DNA of 64,000 bases. Source: a virus (Duplodnaviria > Caudoviricetes). The notes beneath the pieces are model-generated. The model had not been told where the DNA came from. It ran no database searches and was given only the letters and a program-made list of their open reading frames with translations. Location of the stretch: the IMG/VR virus record IMGVR_UViG_3300033069_000781, positions 32,001 to 96,000 of that record. One strand, written 5' to 3'. Below are positions 47,962 through 57,904 of the stretch, piece by piece (position 1 is the stretch's first letter; each line of letters begins with the position of its first letter). The translations under genes and the position numbers were made by a program.

Positions 47962-48598
47962 GTATATGGATATACCTGAAATAAAAACCATAACTAGATT
48001 ACCAGGCGATTTTCTAGCTCATATGGATGGGCTAAAGCTGGATAGATCTGAAACAGATAATAATTCCAGAAAATTGGAATGCTTCACACTTGAGTCTGAA
48101 AGGATCTGTAAGCCCTGGGTCTATTCCCTTGAACCCGTTAAGCCCCCTCCTGAGAGTATTAAGTTACCAGCCGGAACTCAGCTAATCTCTATAACTGATA
48201 TAGCCAACAATACTGATCATCCAGTAATCTATGCTATTCCTACTATAAGAGTGGCCAACACCAATAGTTATGAACATCTAATCGCTATTCTATGCGACAC
48301 CGCTTACGATGTAATAGATACCCTGACCTTTCAGCCATACCATCTGATTATCTCGGTGCCTGATAACGATCAAGATAAGCATATTCAGTACTATGAGTGT
48401 AGAGATCGGAAAGCTCTAATATCTCAGTTAACTACTGTACTCAAGAATATAGAAGACGAATTTGAGGTATTTATTGTTAAAGGCCAACGCTGTCACTTAG
48501 GTGTTCAGAATCCATCCATAGCATTCGATGATCAGGTCCTAGATCTCACTACAAGCAGGACAATTAAGCTTTTGGACCTAGGCCTAAAGGGTGCTTAA
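47924..48598 (+). CDS. hypothetical protein
   Basis: About 215 aa; start uncertain. Confidence 0.7.
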   Translation: MRQGSNSYMKDAEYMDIPEIKTITRLPGDFLAHMDGLKLDRSETDNNSRKLECFTLESERICKPWVYSLEPVKPPPESIKLPAGTQLISITDIANNTDHPVIYAIPTIRVANTNSYEHLIAILCDTAYDVIDTLTFQPYHLIISVPDNDQDKHIQYYECRDRKALISQLTTVLKNIEDEFEVFIVKGQRCHLGVQNPSIAFDDQVLDLTTSRTIKLLDLGLKGA

Positions 48599-48634
48599 CA
48601 AATGAGATAAATGCGTCATATTAAATTGCTGATG
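48594..48634 (+). promoter_or_regulatory. conserved bipartite promoter-like motif, copy 1
   Basis: CTTAACAA-13nt-GTCATATTAAATTGCTGATG. Confidence 0.75.
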
Positions 48635-48776
48635 TTAGATCTCATTTAATCAATTCATATATACCTAATCCATAGTTCTATTTTAAATAATACAACTATG
48701 GATTCTTGGTTTAACTAGGAGTGAGAAAGTCCTTACTTTTAGTTATTGCACATTAACCCTTAACAAGGATATAGAG

Positions 48777-50150
48777 ATGGCTATTGATGAGATGGTAGTA
48801 CTAGACTACGAGAATGAGGTGGATAGGAGCGATATCGAAGATGGCAATATGGTAATAGGTCTGGGCAAACCAGAACATTGTCAAATAGCTCGATCTATTT
48901 GCTATGAGCAGGACGCGGTAGTCATAAACTCCTTGACGCCTGAGGCCCAAGAATCAGTAAGCCTTCTTTCCTTAGGCCAGCCCGAGTACAAGATAGAGCT
49001 TAGACATATAGCTAGCAAGATTCACGATAACTTTTTCATTGGGCCAGATGATCCAGAACTTAAACCCGATTTAGGTTATGTAGGTGGTGCCGTATGGGCT
49101 AAGCAGATCATTACTATTGATGAGGGTTTAAAAGATCTGAGTTCTACTCCGTTTGAGGCCCTATATAAAACTTGTATCAAACCTGCTACTGTTCCCTATA
49201 ATCGTAAATCAATAGATGAGTATAGGCTTAGTCTGGGTCATACCGAGTATCCAAACTACTCAGACTTCCTGTACTACTTAAGTCTCATTTATCCCAGTCG
49301 GACTAATTGTACTAGGGTAATTGAACTCGAAGGCCCCATTAGACCCAGTATGTATAGTCTGGAGCATAGAGTAATCCATGACTATTTATCCCGTGCAGTT
49401 AACATGTACGCTAGTCATGCTTCAGTTATCGTACTTCGTCAAGAGATTTGGGATGGTCCACTAGATACTACTCTGCTTGAATCCTGTAAAGTAAACAGAG
49501 TAGTTAGGATCTTTGATTGTCACAAAGATAAACATAAACTGATAGCAATCGATACGCTCATTAAGGGTAAACCTGAGTTCTACTTAAAAAAGCGTGCTAA
49601 GTGTTGTATATACGAATTAATCTATGATCCACATAAATGCCCAGGTCTCCATAAACTGAGTGGAGCGAGAAGACAGAAAACACTCCGTGCTATACCTAAT
49701 AAGCTATCAAATTCATTTCTCATGCGATTAGCTAGAGAAACTTTCTACAAAAAAATTAAAGGTCCTGATAAACTGAGCAAGTTAAGCTTAGTGAAACTGG
49801 GAGGCGATGGAGAACACTACGCTAAGTACGGTTCATGTAATAACCCGTCAGTCGTAGGTTATATGCAATATATTCATGAAGTATTAACCATACTAAAATC
49901 TGATACAATCTACGCTCCAATACTTCGCAGAATTAGGAGCACCGAATCCTATAAAGCAGATATAGCTTTAATTATCCATAATTGGAGAATAATAAAAGAC
50001 ACTAAGTACGGGAGAAAAGCGGAGGATGAGTCACAAATAAAAACTAACTTTTTGATTGCTATAGCCCGAGAAGCCCGCGATATTCATATATCTAAACAAG
50101 ACTATATTGACTGGAAATTGGCCCAGGAACTCAAAAAGAACAAGGATTAA
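48777..50150 (+). CDS. hypothetical protein
   Basis: 457 aa, AAGGA RBS. Confidence 0.75.
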   Translation: MAIDEMVVLDYENEVDRSDIEDGNMVIGLGKPEHCQIARSICYEQDAVVINSLTPEAQESVSLLSLGQPEYKIELRHIASKIHDNFFIGPDDPELKPDLGYVGGAVWAKQIITIDEGLKDLSSTPFEALYKTCIKPATVPYNRKSIDEYRLSLGHTEYPNYSDFLYYLSLIYPSRTNCTRVIELEGPIRPSMYSLEHRVIHDYLSRAVNMYASHASVIVLRQEIWDGPLDTTLLESCKVNRVVRIFDCHKDKHKLIAIDTLIKGKPEFYLKKRAKCCIYELIYDPHKCPGLHKLSGARRQKTLRAIPNKLSNSFLMRLARETFYKKIKGPDKLSKLSLVKLGGDGEHYAKYGSCNNPSVVGYMQYIHEVLTILKSDTIYAPILRRIRSTESYKADIALIIHNWRIIKDTKYGRKAEDESQIKTNFLIAIAREARDIHISKQDYIDWKLAQELKKNKD

Positions 50151-50155
50151 AAAGC

Positions 50156-50857
50156 ATGGTTGATATGGATGTTACCAATGTGGCCCAGTCTGGCCAATCG
50201 AATCTCGCAACTCATAACGTGGTTGATAATGATCTTACGACCTTTAAGGCACCATTAGATAAGGGAGACTTCTCGGCTCTGGCTGCCTATGAATTTGAGT
50301 CCGCAGTTAAGAATCAAATCATAGACCAAGAGGCTCAGAGGAATCGGATCGTTACGGAGATGGATGAGGCCCGCAAGCTCCTAGAGAACGAGATTAAGGT
50401 ATTCGCTAAAGAGTCTAGACCTCATTTCTATGAGAACCTTCCTGCCTCCTTTGCAGCCTTCGGTTTAGTCAAAGATAAGATGACGGTTAAGCCTACTCTT
50501 ACCCGTGAGCAGGATACCAACGACCTCAAGCTAGTGGTTATCTATACCTTGGCCATTAAATGCAGTACTGACACAAAGTTGACAGCGCATAATGGGTATG
50601 CCTCAGATTTGGGATCTATTACGCATACCGTTACCTTGACTCCCTCTGATAAGCTTATAGCGCTTGCGACTGATCATGACAACTTGGTCAAGCAGGTCCA
50701 GACTATGGCTGATGAGTTAGCCAGGACCCGCCTGAAGTTGGGAGAGGTTGGATCCGTTGAGCGTGCCGCTAGAGCTCATCTCACCAGGGCCGAGCTGAGC
50801 AAGACCCAGGGTGGTAAAGCACTGCTTGATGGTATTCACTCCTATACTCAAGTCTAA
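50156..50857 (+). CDS. hypothetical coiled-coil protein
   Basis: 233 aa. Confidence 0.75.
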   Translation: MVDMDVTNVAQSGQSNLATHNVVDNDLTTFKAPLDKGDFSALAAYEFESAVKNQIIDQEAQRNRIVTEMDEARKLLENEIKVFAKESRPHFYENLPASFAAFGLVKDKMTVKPTLTREQDTNDLKLVVIYTLAIKCSTDTKLTAHNGYASDLGSITHTVTLTPSDKLIALATDHDNLVKQVQTMADELARTRLKLGEVGSVERAARAHLTRAELSKTQGGKALLDGIHSYTQV

Positions 50858-50873
50858 TTAATCAATAGTCCTA

Positions 50874-50945
50874 TGACCCATAGTATAACTGGTAGCACAA
50901 CTCCCTTTGACGGAGTTAGTCTGGGTTCAAATCCCGGTGGGTCAT
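50874..50945 (+). tRNA. tRNA-Gln (anticodon UUG)
   Basis: Acceptor TGACCCA/TGGGTCA, D arm with TGGTA, anticodon arm ACTCC-CTTTGAC-GGAGT, T arm CTGGG-TTCAAAT-CCCGG; CCA not encoded. Confidence 0.92.
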
Positions 50946-51075
50946 GTAATGTGTATAGGTATCCATTAGTTCCTAGGAGATATCGATTGATTAAGTGATA
51001 AGGAGCATAAACAACCATATTGAATCATCTAGCGCTATCAGTACTGCTTTTGCAGGTCTCTAATTTGTTAGAAAC

Positions 51076-51612
51076 ATGTCACACACAAACGCAGAGCATC
51101 CCGTAACAACGCTAAATCTATCAAAGACCACGTCTACACCTACAGCAAATACTCAGGCCCCTCTTAATAAGTCTCGCCCACAATTTAAATATCAATCCAA
51201 ACCAGTTAGTGAAAGTCAGGACTATATGGAGTTCGATACGCTTAAAGATCTACACGATCTTATCGGTATCGAGGATGGATTTGGTGATCTATATCTAGAG
51301 ACCCAAAAAGCTGAGGTATATACCATTAATGACTATAGACCTAACGAAGATAAATATTTCTACGTAAAGAGGGGTGAAGACGTCAAATGGATTTTGACCC
51401 CAGTAGGTTACAAAATTGAAACAGCTAAGATAGCTGCTTCTACATTTATCTATTTATGGTTGCGTGGGATACCCGCAGCTATAGCTGCTAATCTTGCTGT
51501 AACTAACGCTTTGATTGGTCGGGTTAATAATCATGATTTGAATCAGATCGCTAAGAAGCATCTTGAATATACAAGGAGGTCCAGGGTTGATAACACGAAC
51601 ATGCTTGGTTAA
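51076..51612 (+). CDS. hypothetical protein
   Basis: 178-aa ORF. Confidence 0.7.
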   Translation: MSHTNAEHPVTTLNLSKTTSTPTANTQAPLNKSRPQFKYQSKPVSESQDYMEFDTLKDLHDLIGIEDGFGDLYLETQKAEVYTINDYRPNEDKYFYVKRGEDVKWILTPVGYKIETAKIAASTFIYLWLRGIPAAIAANLAVTNALIGRVNNHDLNQIAKKHLEYTRRSRVDNTNMLG

Positions 51613-52390
51613 AGAGATTCTTGATCTAGTCGCAAAGAAGACAAATAAGAGAGAGATTACGGGCGAGTTAGCTGATGCTGCGCAAGTCTTGTCTAGCATA
51701 GCTATTCCACGTAAGCCCAAGAAGGAGAGGGTGCTTAAGCCTATCGATCCATCAGCTCCATTCTACTTTAGAAAGTGGGAGCGAAACGAGAATAGGCAGA
51801 AGATTGGGCTGCTTGTCGCTGAGTTGAAGATTAATTACGATGTACCCGAATGCACATTAACCATAGGCTGGTCACAGGTCCATGGTCCCAAGGGTGATCT
51901 CATAGAAGATCTGATGCATTCGGATATATTCATTAAAGAGCGAGCCAACGCAATCGCCATGGGCAGATTCGCTACATCTAAGTATCAGATTCATATCACT
52001 TCTGATAATCTGAATGGGCATGACCCCGAGGAGCCCTTGGAATTAGCTGAAACTGTTTGCTATAGCTTGCCTAATCAACCCAATGCGATAATGAAAGAGG
52101 AATTTGAGGCTCAACACTTCGTCGTTCCTAAGGATCGTATGGGTAACTATGTTATCCCTTTGGATTGGTTAATACCAAATAAGATGAGGCCAATGGTCCA
52201 AGAGTTGGTAGAGAGGTCGATAGAAGTAGCTAACAAGAAGATAGCCCGTTATAGGGATCAGATTAATCCAGCTATACCTGCGTTATCCGAAATTACGAAT
52301 AATCCATCGGTGCCCGCAATGAAGCAAATCGGCGCAACACAGACCGGCAAGCGATTGGTGCCAGCTTTTGTGGGTATTCCGGGTAGGTAA
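51563..52390 (+). CDS. hypothetical protein
   Basis: About 265 aa; AAGGAGG at 51573 suggests a start slightly downstream of the called one. Confidence 0.7.
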   Translation: MNIQGGPGLITRTCLVKEILDLVAKKTNKREITGELADAAQVLSSIAIPRKPKKERVLKPIDPSAPFYFRKWERNENRQKIGLLVAELKINYDVPECTLTIGWSQVHGPKGDLIEDLMHSDIFIKERANAIAMGRFATSKYQIHITSDNLNGHDPEEPLELAETVCYSLPNQPNAIMKEEFEAQHFVVPKDRMGNYVIPLDWLIPNKMRPMVQELVERSIEVANKKIARYRDQINPAIPALSEITNNPSVPAMKQIGATQTGKRLVPAFVGIPGR

Positions 52391-52405
52391 TTAACTACCC
52401 TAACT

Positions 52406-52798
52406 ATGTGTACCCAAATTCTTACATTCATGTGTGGAGATGCTAAGCATGCTCAACTTCATGAATATGCTGATAGATTTAACCATAAGTCTAAACCCTT
52501 TGTATTAGATGACTACAACACCTACAACTCGGATAAATGCTGTCCCACGCTAGAGGCCGTAATACAGTGGACATCTAAGCAAAAGGATAAAACAGCAGTA
52601 TATGTCATAACTAAGTTAAAGCCTTGCTTTGAGCATCTACCTCTGAGTAGTGACTTAGTGTCAGATTACATATATATCATCACTAAGATCAATCCCTACA
52701 TAACACTAGATTCTGAGTTAGCTAATTGGGATAGTAATATAGACATGGATGATGATAACGATAACCCAGGGATGGGTGTTAGCTCGAATGCTTCTTAA
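52406..52798 (+). CDS. hypothetical protein
   Basis: 130-aa ORF. Confidence 0.6.
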   Translation: MCTQILTFMCGDAKHAQLHEYADRFNHKSKPFVLDDYNTYNSDKCCPTLEAVIQWTSKQKDKTAVYVITKLKPCFEHLPLSSDLVSDYIYIITKINPYITLDSELANWDSNIDMDDDNDNPGMGVSSNAS

Positions 52799-52868
52799 TT
52801 TGTGTTTACTATAGCCAGCTCTCTTTCTCTCCCACTCTTCTTTGCAGCTGTATAAGAAAGGCCTTAAT

Positions 52869-54308
52869 ATGAAGGTCGGAATAGCTTTCAACGTTTCTGG
52901 CGTCAATGCGTTTGAACCAATAAGCAAGGTTAACTGTTTGACTGTGGCTCTGGATGAACGCCATAGATTGATGATAAATAAGCGTCGATTGGTAGGAACT
53001 GCGGAAGGAATTAATATCGGGGCGGTTAGATTCCCGGAATACTCTAACGAATCCAATGAGATAGATTATAGACCATTTATAGATCCTGATAAAAGGGTGA
53101 CGAACAAGACTATCGATATCGAGATCGATACGGCTAAGCGAGCTTTAGCGATGTATGAGGTTTGCCCGCACAAGAGTGCTTGGCATACCTTCAAATGTGT
53201 CAATGTCGCTGGAGTGGTTAGTCAGGTTTTATTCGATAAAGATAAGAAGGCATATAGAGCAGCAAGCGGTGCCTACTTTAGGCCTGAAGATGTGACTACG
53301 CTATTCTATGATTCTGAGGCGTTGACACATCAAATAGCGCTCAAGAACGCAGGTAAGGCGCTTACGATTCCCGAAGCTTATTTCGATTGGATGGTGTCCA
53401 ACCAGACTAATAAGCTGATTATTGATGTCTCATTAGAGATCGGTAAGCAGATGAGGTACGTGATAAATGAAGTCTATAATGGCTCATTAACACCTACCTC
53501 ATCTCTACTTCTTCCATCATTCTTTTTCCATAATCCAAATGATCCCAACTATTCCTACAAGAAGGGGGTAGTTGAAGCTTTCATAGTTAAAATGGCTAGA
53601 TCCCAGGATGGTATTCTTTCTGATGAATATGTCCCACACAAAGGAGTTGTGAGGGAGATAGAGTTCTCGGACGATAAAACTGCAGTGGGTATAACAATAC
53701 AGAGGGTGGAGGTGATCACCTCCTCTGAAACCGGGCCAATTAAAACTTCTAACACAAAATATAGAGTTCTCGATAAATATACGAATATTGAGCTACCCAA
53801 TATACCCGGAAAGACCGAGATATTGGTTGAGAAGGTGAACTGTGAAGTAGGTGATATCTTAGACATAGGGAGTATTGTTACCAGAACAAGTCGGATGATT
53901 CGACTGCTTCCGTATCAGCCCGCTCTGACTGATTATCCAGCTTTAGCGGAGACCATTGAAACCTATATGGTCGAGTATTTGCAGACCGCCATAATGAAGC
54001 AGCATACTCCTAACATAAATGGATCACCTGCAATTGCGCTAGATTTCTTGGACAAGCTCCCGGAAGTCTTCAATCCTAGCATAGCATTCTATGTTAGAAA
54101 TCAGCCTTTGAATTATGTATTTGATGGACCCAAGAGTGCGTTAGTGGGCAGTAGGCCCTGTCATGTCAAGTTCGATATGCTTAGACACCCCTGGTTCAAG
54201 ACAACTGATCAAGCCAGAGCTTCCAATCAGTTCGATGGGCGTAGAGATAAGCCACTTCGTATGGGTGACATGATTATTGCCGGTTCCGGTTCCAACATGG
54301 TTCAGTAA
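52869..54308 (+). CDS. hypothetical protein (possible barrel-sandwich hybrid segment)
   Basis: ATG 52869 after AAAGG; VPHKGVVREI...NCEVGDILDIGSIV. Confidence 0.7.
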   Translation: MKVGIAFNVSGVNAFEPISKVNCLTVALDERHRLMINKRRLVGTAEGINIGAVRFPEYSNESNEIDYRPFIDPDKRVTNKTIDIEIDTAKRALAMYEVCPHKSAWHTFKCVNVAGVVSQVLFDKDKKAYRAASGAYFRPEDVTTLFYDSEALTHQIALKNAGKALTIPEAYFDWMVSNQTNKLIIDVSLEIGKQMRYVINEVYNGSLTPTSSLLLPSFFFHNPNDPNYSYKKGVVEAFIVKMARSQDGILSDEYVPHKGVVREIEFSDDKTAVGITIQRVEVITSSETGPIKTSNTKYRVLDKYTNIELPNIPGKTEILVEKVNCEVGDILDIGSIVTRTSRMIRLLPYQPALTDYPALAETIETYMVEYLQTAIMKQHTPNINGSPAIALDFLDKLPEVFNPSIAFYVRNQPLNYVFDGPKSALVGSRPCHVKFDMLRHPWFKTTDQARASNQFDGRRDKPLRMGDMIIAGSGSNMVQ

Positions 54309-54336
54309 GGTTCAGTAAGTATCTAGTAAAGAAAAC

Positions 54337-54359
54337 GGAGGGATTAAACCCTCCTTTTT
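54337..54359 (+). terminator. intrinsic terminator
   Basis: GGAGGG-attaaa-CCCTCC-TTTTT. Confidence 0.75.
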
Positions 54360-54377
54360 CTTAGCTATTACTAAGGG

Positions 54378-54423
54378 CTTAATAATAGCCAAATATGCGT
54401 CATATTATAGTGCTGATGATTAG
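54378..54423 (+). promoter_or_regulatory. conserved bipartite promoter-like motif, copy 2
   Basis: CTTAATAA-13nt-GTCATATTATAGTGCTGATGATTAG, directly after a terminator. Confidence 0.8.
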
Positions 54424-54450
54424 TAATCATTTAACAATAAAGGAGAATGA

Positions 54451-54942
54451 ATGGAACTGGAAGCTGAAACAACGGCAACTATTACCCCCCTTGAACCTAG
54501 TATTATTTTAGGGTTCGATACTAAACTTGGACTGCGTTCCTGTCATATAACAAAGAGGCCATGGGGTCTATTTGTAGAGCTCTTTGTTCCAGGGTCCACG
54601 ACTCCATTTCGTGTTCATGCCTTCAACCAGTTATATGATGTATATATCTGCTTAGTCCAGGACTGGGAAGCTAGTTGTGTTCATGTTATTGAACCCGAAA
54701 TTGAACCGATAGCTATACCAATTCATGACTGGCTCAGAACAAATGAGGCTCGTAGATTGGTGGATCAACCAGACATTACTATTGTAGATGCCTCCGTGGA
54801 TATCGAGGAAACAGTAACCCCTACCGATCCTCCGTATATCAGTGCCTCACTTCGGGACTTCGTACTAACAGCATTGGTGGTATTTTTGGGCGGTGCGCTA
54901 GCTGGGGTTGCGTCGGTATGGTTCAGGATGTTGTCTAATTAA
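54451..54942 (+). CDS. C-terminally anchored membrane protein
   Basis: AAGGAG RBS; TM FVLTALVVFLGGALAGVASVWF. Confidence 0.75.
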   Translation: MELEAETTATITPLEPSIILGFDTKLGLRSCHITKRPWGLFVELFVPGSTTPFRVHAFNQLYDVYICLVQDWEASCVHVIEPEIEPIAIPIHDWLRTNEARRLVDQPDITIVDASVDIEETVTPTDPPYISASLRDFVLTALVVFLGGALAGVASVWFRMLSN

Positions 54943-54952
54943 AGGAGTATAA

Positions 54953-55195
54953 ATGAGCCCGATAGAGATTGATGATTCGATGCGTTTTGTACTAGAGGCA
55001 TGTCTTAAGCCACCAAAGGAAAGAAAGGAGATGTTGGATAGGGCTAAGGATCAGTACGGCGAGATCATCTTCGCTAGAGCCCAGATGAGACTGACGCGTA
55101 AGAAGCTTATCGAAAATGGTTATTCACTGACCCCACTTGGTATGGAGACGATCACAACGATCAAAACAAATGAAGGAATCCCGGTATCAACCTGA
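54953..55195 (+). CDS. small winged-helix-like protein
   Basis: AAGGAG RBS; RLTRKKLIENGYSLTPLG wHTH-like ending. Confidence 0.6.
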   Translation: MSPIEIDDSMRFVLEACLKPPKERKEMLDRAKDQYGEIIFARAQMRLTRKKLIENGYSLTPLGMETITTIKTNEGIPVST

Positions 55196-55598
55196 TCCAA
55201 CCCGTGCCAAGCTAATGATTTACTGGAAGTGGTCATTGGCTAATTTGAAGTTCATAGGTATAGGGTTAATCATTGCGGACTGTTTCGCTTACCCCTACGT
55301 TGGTTTTGCACCAATGATTGTTGGGGCAATCCTAATCCTCTATGAGTTCCTTGTGGCACTTCCAAAACTACTGATTGAGAAGTTCTCAGTCAAAAAGGAG
55401 AAAGAGAGATCACAGAAAGTTCATCAAAAGCTCGAACTGTCTGAAGTAGTGATCTATGATGATGGTAGATTCGAAGGTAGAGTCTATATCCCTAAATCAA
55501 TGGAGATCCCGGATAAAATTGCAATCCAAGACGAAATGATTCAAGATGCCAGTGCCGTTAAGGTAGCTAAGTCATTCGATCCCGATGCTGAGTCCTAA
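55170..55598 (+). CDS. two-TM membrane protein
   Basis: FIGIGLIIADCFAYPYVGFAPMIVGAILILYEFLVAL. Confidence 0.7.
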   Translation: MKESRYQPDPTRAKLMIYWKWSLANLKFIGIGLIIADCFAYPYVGFAPMIVGAILILYEFLVALPKLLIEKFSVKKEKERSQKVHQKLELSEVVIYDDGRFEGRVYIPKSMEIPDKIAIQDEMIQDASAVKVAKSFDPDAES

Positions 55599-55614
55599 TA
55601 AAAGGAGTTTAGTA

Positions 55615-55713
55615 ATGTCTAGTGGAAAGCATGGAACGCTTTTCCGTATCGCCAGGATGGCCATTATTCTGTCAACTGTTGCTGTGATTCTGCATATCAT
55701 TGCGAAACCGTAA
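55615..55713 (+). CDS. 32-aa single-TM peptide (not in track)
   Basis: AAGGAG RBS; MSSGKHGTLFRIARMAIILSTVAVILHIIAKP. Confidence 0.6.
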   Translation: MSSGKHGTLFRIARMAIILSTVAVILHIIAKP

Positions 55714-55758
55714 TGAGCATAGTCCAATAAACCAATTAAATCAAGTAAAGGAAGTGGC

Positions 55759-56274
55759 ATGGATAGCGCAACTGGTTCTGGAATCAGTACTGATCAGACT
55801 CCTGCAATTAACCCTATTCCCAGAAGTGAAACTATCGCTGGGGCAATTGGGGAGAAGGCGGGAATCATGAAGTCTTTTTCGATGTTTGGTTTTATTCTGG
55901 TTCTTATCTTGTTCTGTCTCTACGGACTCTGCAAGCTCAGCTATGACCACGGAGTTCAAGCTGGTCAAGGGGCAGTCGATGCTTACCTCAAGACTGTCCA
56001 GTCCGTTGGAGTCAATAACGCTGGAGATAAGGGGCAGATCATCAAGTGCCTCTCACCCGTTGTTAGGTTATTTTCATCCCCAGCTGAACCCGCCGTGATC
56101 TACCAGGAAGAGCTTGTTCAGGGCCCTAACCCACGGAACTTCTTTATCGATGGTGCAAACCTCGATAACCAAGTCATCACAATCACCTATCGAAAAGGTC
56201 AAATCGTTCCCGAAGTGGAATACAAAGCAGCAGAAGTTGAAAAGGTTCGCCACTGGTATAAGCTCTGGCTGTAA
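55759..56274 (+). CDS. N-anchored membrane protein with Trp-rich C-terminus
   Basis: TM FSMFGFILVLILFCLYGLC; ends KVRHWYKLWL. Confidence 0.75.
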   Translation: MDSATGSGISTDQTPAINPIPRSETIAGAIGEKAGIMKSFSMFGFILVLILFCLYGLCKLSYDHGVQAGQGAVDAYLKTVQSVGVNNAGDKGQIIKCLSPVVRLFSSPAEPAVIYQEELVQGPNPRNFFIDGANLDNQVITITYRKGQIVPEVEYKAAEVEKVRHWYKLWL

Positions 56275-56354
56275 GAGTTTCGAGTAAAAATCAAAATAGT
56301 TCCAATAAGATCTGAGAATGTACTCAGATCATTTCAAGGTTTAAAGGAGTCTAT

Positions 56355-56807
56355 ATGAATCGTTTCTCGACCATGATCGTTGCCTCGCTTGTCGCCTCCA
56401 TGCTTATCGTCGCCTACGTTCTCTCTGCTGGTGGTATGGGTACCCCCACCTATCAGCCCTCGTCGGATACTGGGATCATGGCTGTCGATCCCGATACCAT
56501 GAAGATGGATACCTGGAAGAAGATGCTGAGTGATCCCGTGATTGCCTTCAAGCCGTCAGCTGGTACCACGCTGGTTGTTGGCAGGGTCTACAAGATCGAG
56601 AGTGATCTCAGCGGTCACTGGGGTTATCATGAAGCCCAAACCGGGATTGTCCAGACCTCCTCCGATGATTCCTGGGTTTTGATCAAGTCCTCGGCACTGA
56701 CTGATCGTGAGTTTGTGATCAAGAATCTTGAACTCGCTTCGGTCAAGGACATCGACAAGAGGGGTTGGTGGAGCCGTAACTTGGGTTGGGTAGCTTTCTG
56801 GAACTGA
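56355..56807 (+). CDS. exported/membrane protein with Trp-rich C-terminus
   Basis: AAGGAG; signal/TM MIVASLVASMLIVAYVLSA; ends KRGWWSRNLGWVAFWN. Confidence 0.75.
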   Translation: MNRFSTMIVASLVASMLIVAYVLSAGGMGTPTYQPSSDTGIMAVDPDTMKMDTWKKMLSDPVIAFKPSAGTTLVVGRVYKIESDLSGHWGYHEAQTGIVQTSSDDSWVLIKSSALTDREFVIKNLELASVKDIDKRGWWSRNLGWVAFWN

Positions 56808-56839
56808 TGGAATAACTAGGCTTATATAGGCCTAGTCCT

Positions 56840-56874
56840 AAATCACTACCCCCTCAAAGGGGTAGTGATTTTTT
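56840..56874 (+). terminator. intrinsic terminator
   Basis: AAATCACTACCCC-ctcaaa-GGGGTAGTGATTT-TTT. Confidence 0.85.
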
Positions 56875-56908
56875 AGTATTTGAATAGTTCTAGAGATCTG
56901 ATAATCTA

Positions 56909-57607
56909 GTGATAATGACACCAAATGAAATAGGACAATATAGAGAATCAATTAAATCAGTAGGTGGAACTAATGAAATAGTCAGGAATTACATAGAAAC
57001 TACTGGTGGTACAATAATACCATCTACGCGAAACGTAGGAGCCACTGATAAAGACTTTAGTGGACTTCAGATTAATGGGTTTAATCCCCATGTTAAGTAT
57101 CCAGAAGTAATAGACCCAGATATGAATGCAGATCTACCCTCGCTAGAAGACGTGATTAAAGCTGTTGCACCTAAACCTGCGCCTAAGGTGGCTAGCGCAC
57201 ATAATAAACCAAAGGATAAAAACGCTAAAGCAGGAGCGAAAAAGGAGGTTAATTTTGTTGACCCATCTGATCAGGTCCCAGCCCCAGTCCCAGTTGCCCA
57301 AAAGAGATCCATACCTAATCCAACTGTTGTTGTCTATCTACACGGTCTGGGTGTAAGGTTACCCTATAGATTCCATGAAGTATATGTAAAGCTGGATGAT
57401 CAGGTATTAGCCTTAACCCTAGATACTAGGGCTGAGGTGGAAACCCCAGTATTCGATAAAACAGAGGATGGTCAATACCTAGTCTTTAGTTTTGGAGATC
57501 CACTCATGAGATATTTTTGTACCTACCATGGACAGTCCGTGCCCATCGCAGGATCCTTGATGGTCCACCTATTTGTCATAGCTAAGAGTGAACCTTACCC
57601 ATCGTAA
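56909..57607 (+). CDS. hypothetical protein
   Basis: About 230 aa; Pro/Lys linker plus C-terminal beta domain. Confidence 0.7.
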   Translation: MIMTPNEIGQYRESIKSVGGTNEIVRNYIETTGGTIIPSTRNVGATDKDFSGLQINGFNPHVKYPEVIDPDMNADLPSLEDVIKAVAPKPAPKVASAHNKPKDKNAKAGAKKEVNFVDPSDQVPAPVPVAQKRSIPNPTVVVYLHGLGVRLPYRFHEVYVKLDDQVLALTLDTRAEVETPVFDKTEDGQYLVFSFGDPLMRYFCTYHGQSVPIAGSLMVHLFVIAKSEPYPS

Positions 57608-57641
57608 CTTAATAAATGAGCTATATGTGTCATAGTATAAT
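57608..57641 (+). promoter_or_regulatory. conserved bipartite promoter-like motif, copy 3
   Basis: CTTAATAA-13nt-GTCATAGTATAAT. Confidence 0.75.
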
Positions 57642-57701
57642 GAAATTGCGATATCGCTTATTAGTTATGGAATAAAGGAGCAAGGAATCAAAAACGACGA
57701 T

Positions 57702-57902
57702 GTGGTAATCGGTAAATACTACTATGTATCTGAAGGTACTCAAGTAACCCATGCTAAGGCACTAGATAGGGATGGGGACGGTTTCTTAATGTACGATTTA
57801 TCCGGAGAGTATATAGGCTGGTTTAAAGCTGAGGAGTTATTTACATTAGAGGTTGATGCCAAGCTTCATTTAAGTTTCACCAATAACGTAAAGGATGAAT
57901 AG
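57702..57902 (+). CDS. hypothetical protein
   Basis: GTG start; AAGGAG/AAGGA upstream. Confidence 0.55.
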   Translation: MVIGKYYYVSEGTQVTHAKALDRDGDGFLMYDLSGEYIGWFKAEELFTLEVDAKLHLSFTNNVKDE

Positions 57903-57904
57903 TA

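Noticed and set aside
50946-51075. Possible second tRNA or ncRNA after tRNA-Gln
   Set aside because: No cloverleaf, T-loop consensus or convincing stem found by eye.
54299-54319. Tandem 10-nt duplication GTTCAGTAAG at a stop codon
   Set aside because: A single short duplication, most likely replication slippage with no evident function.
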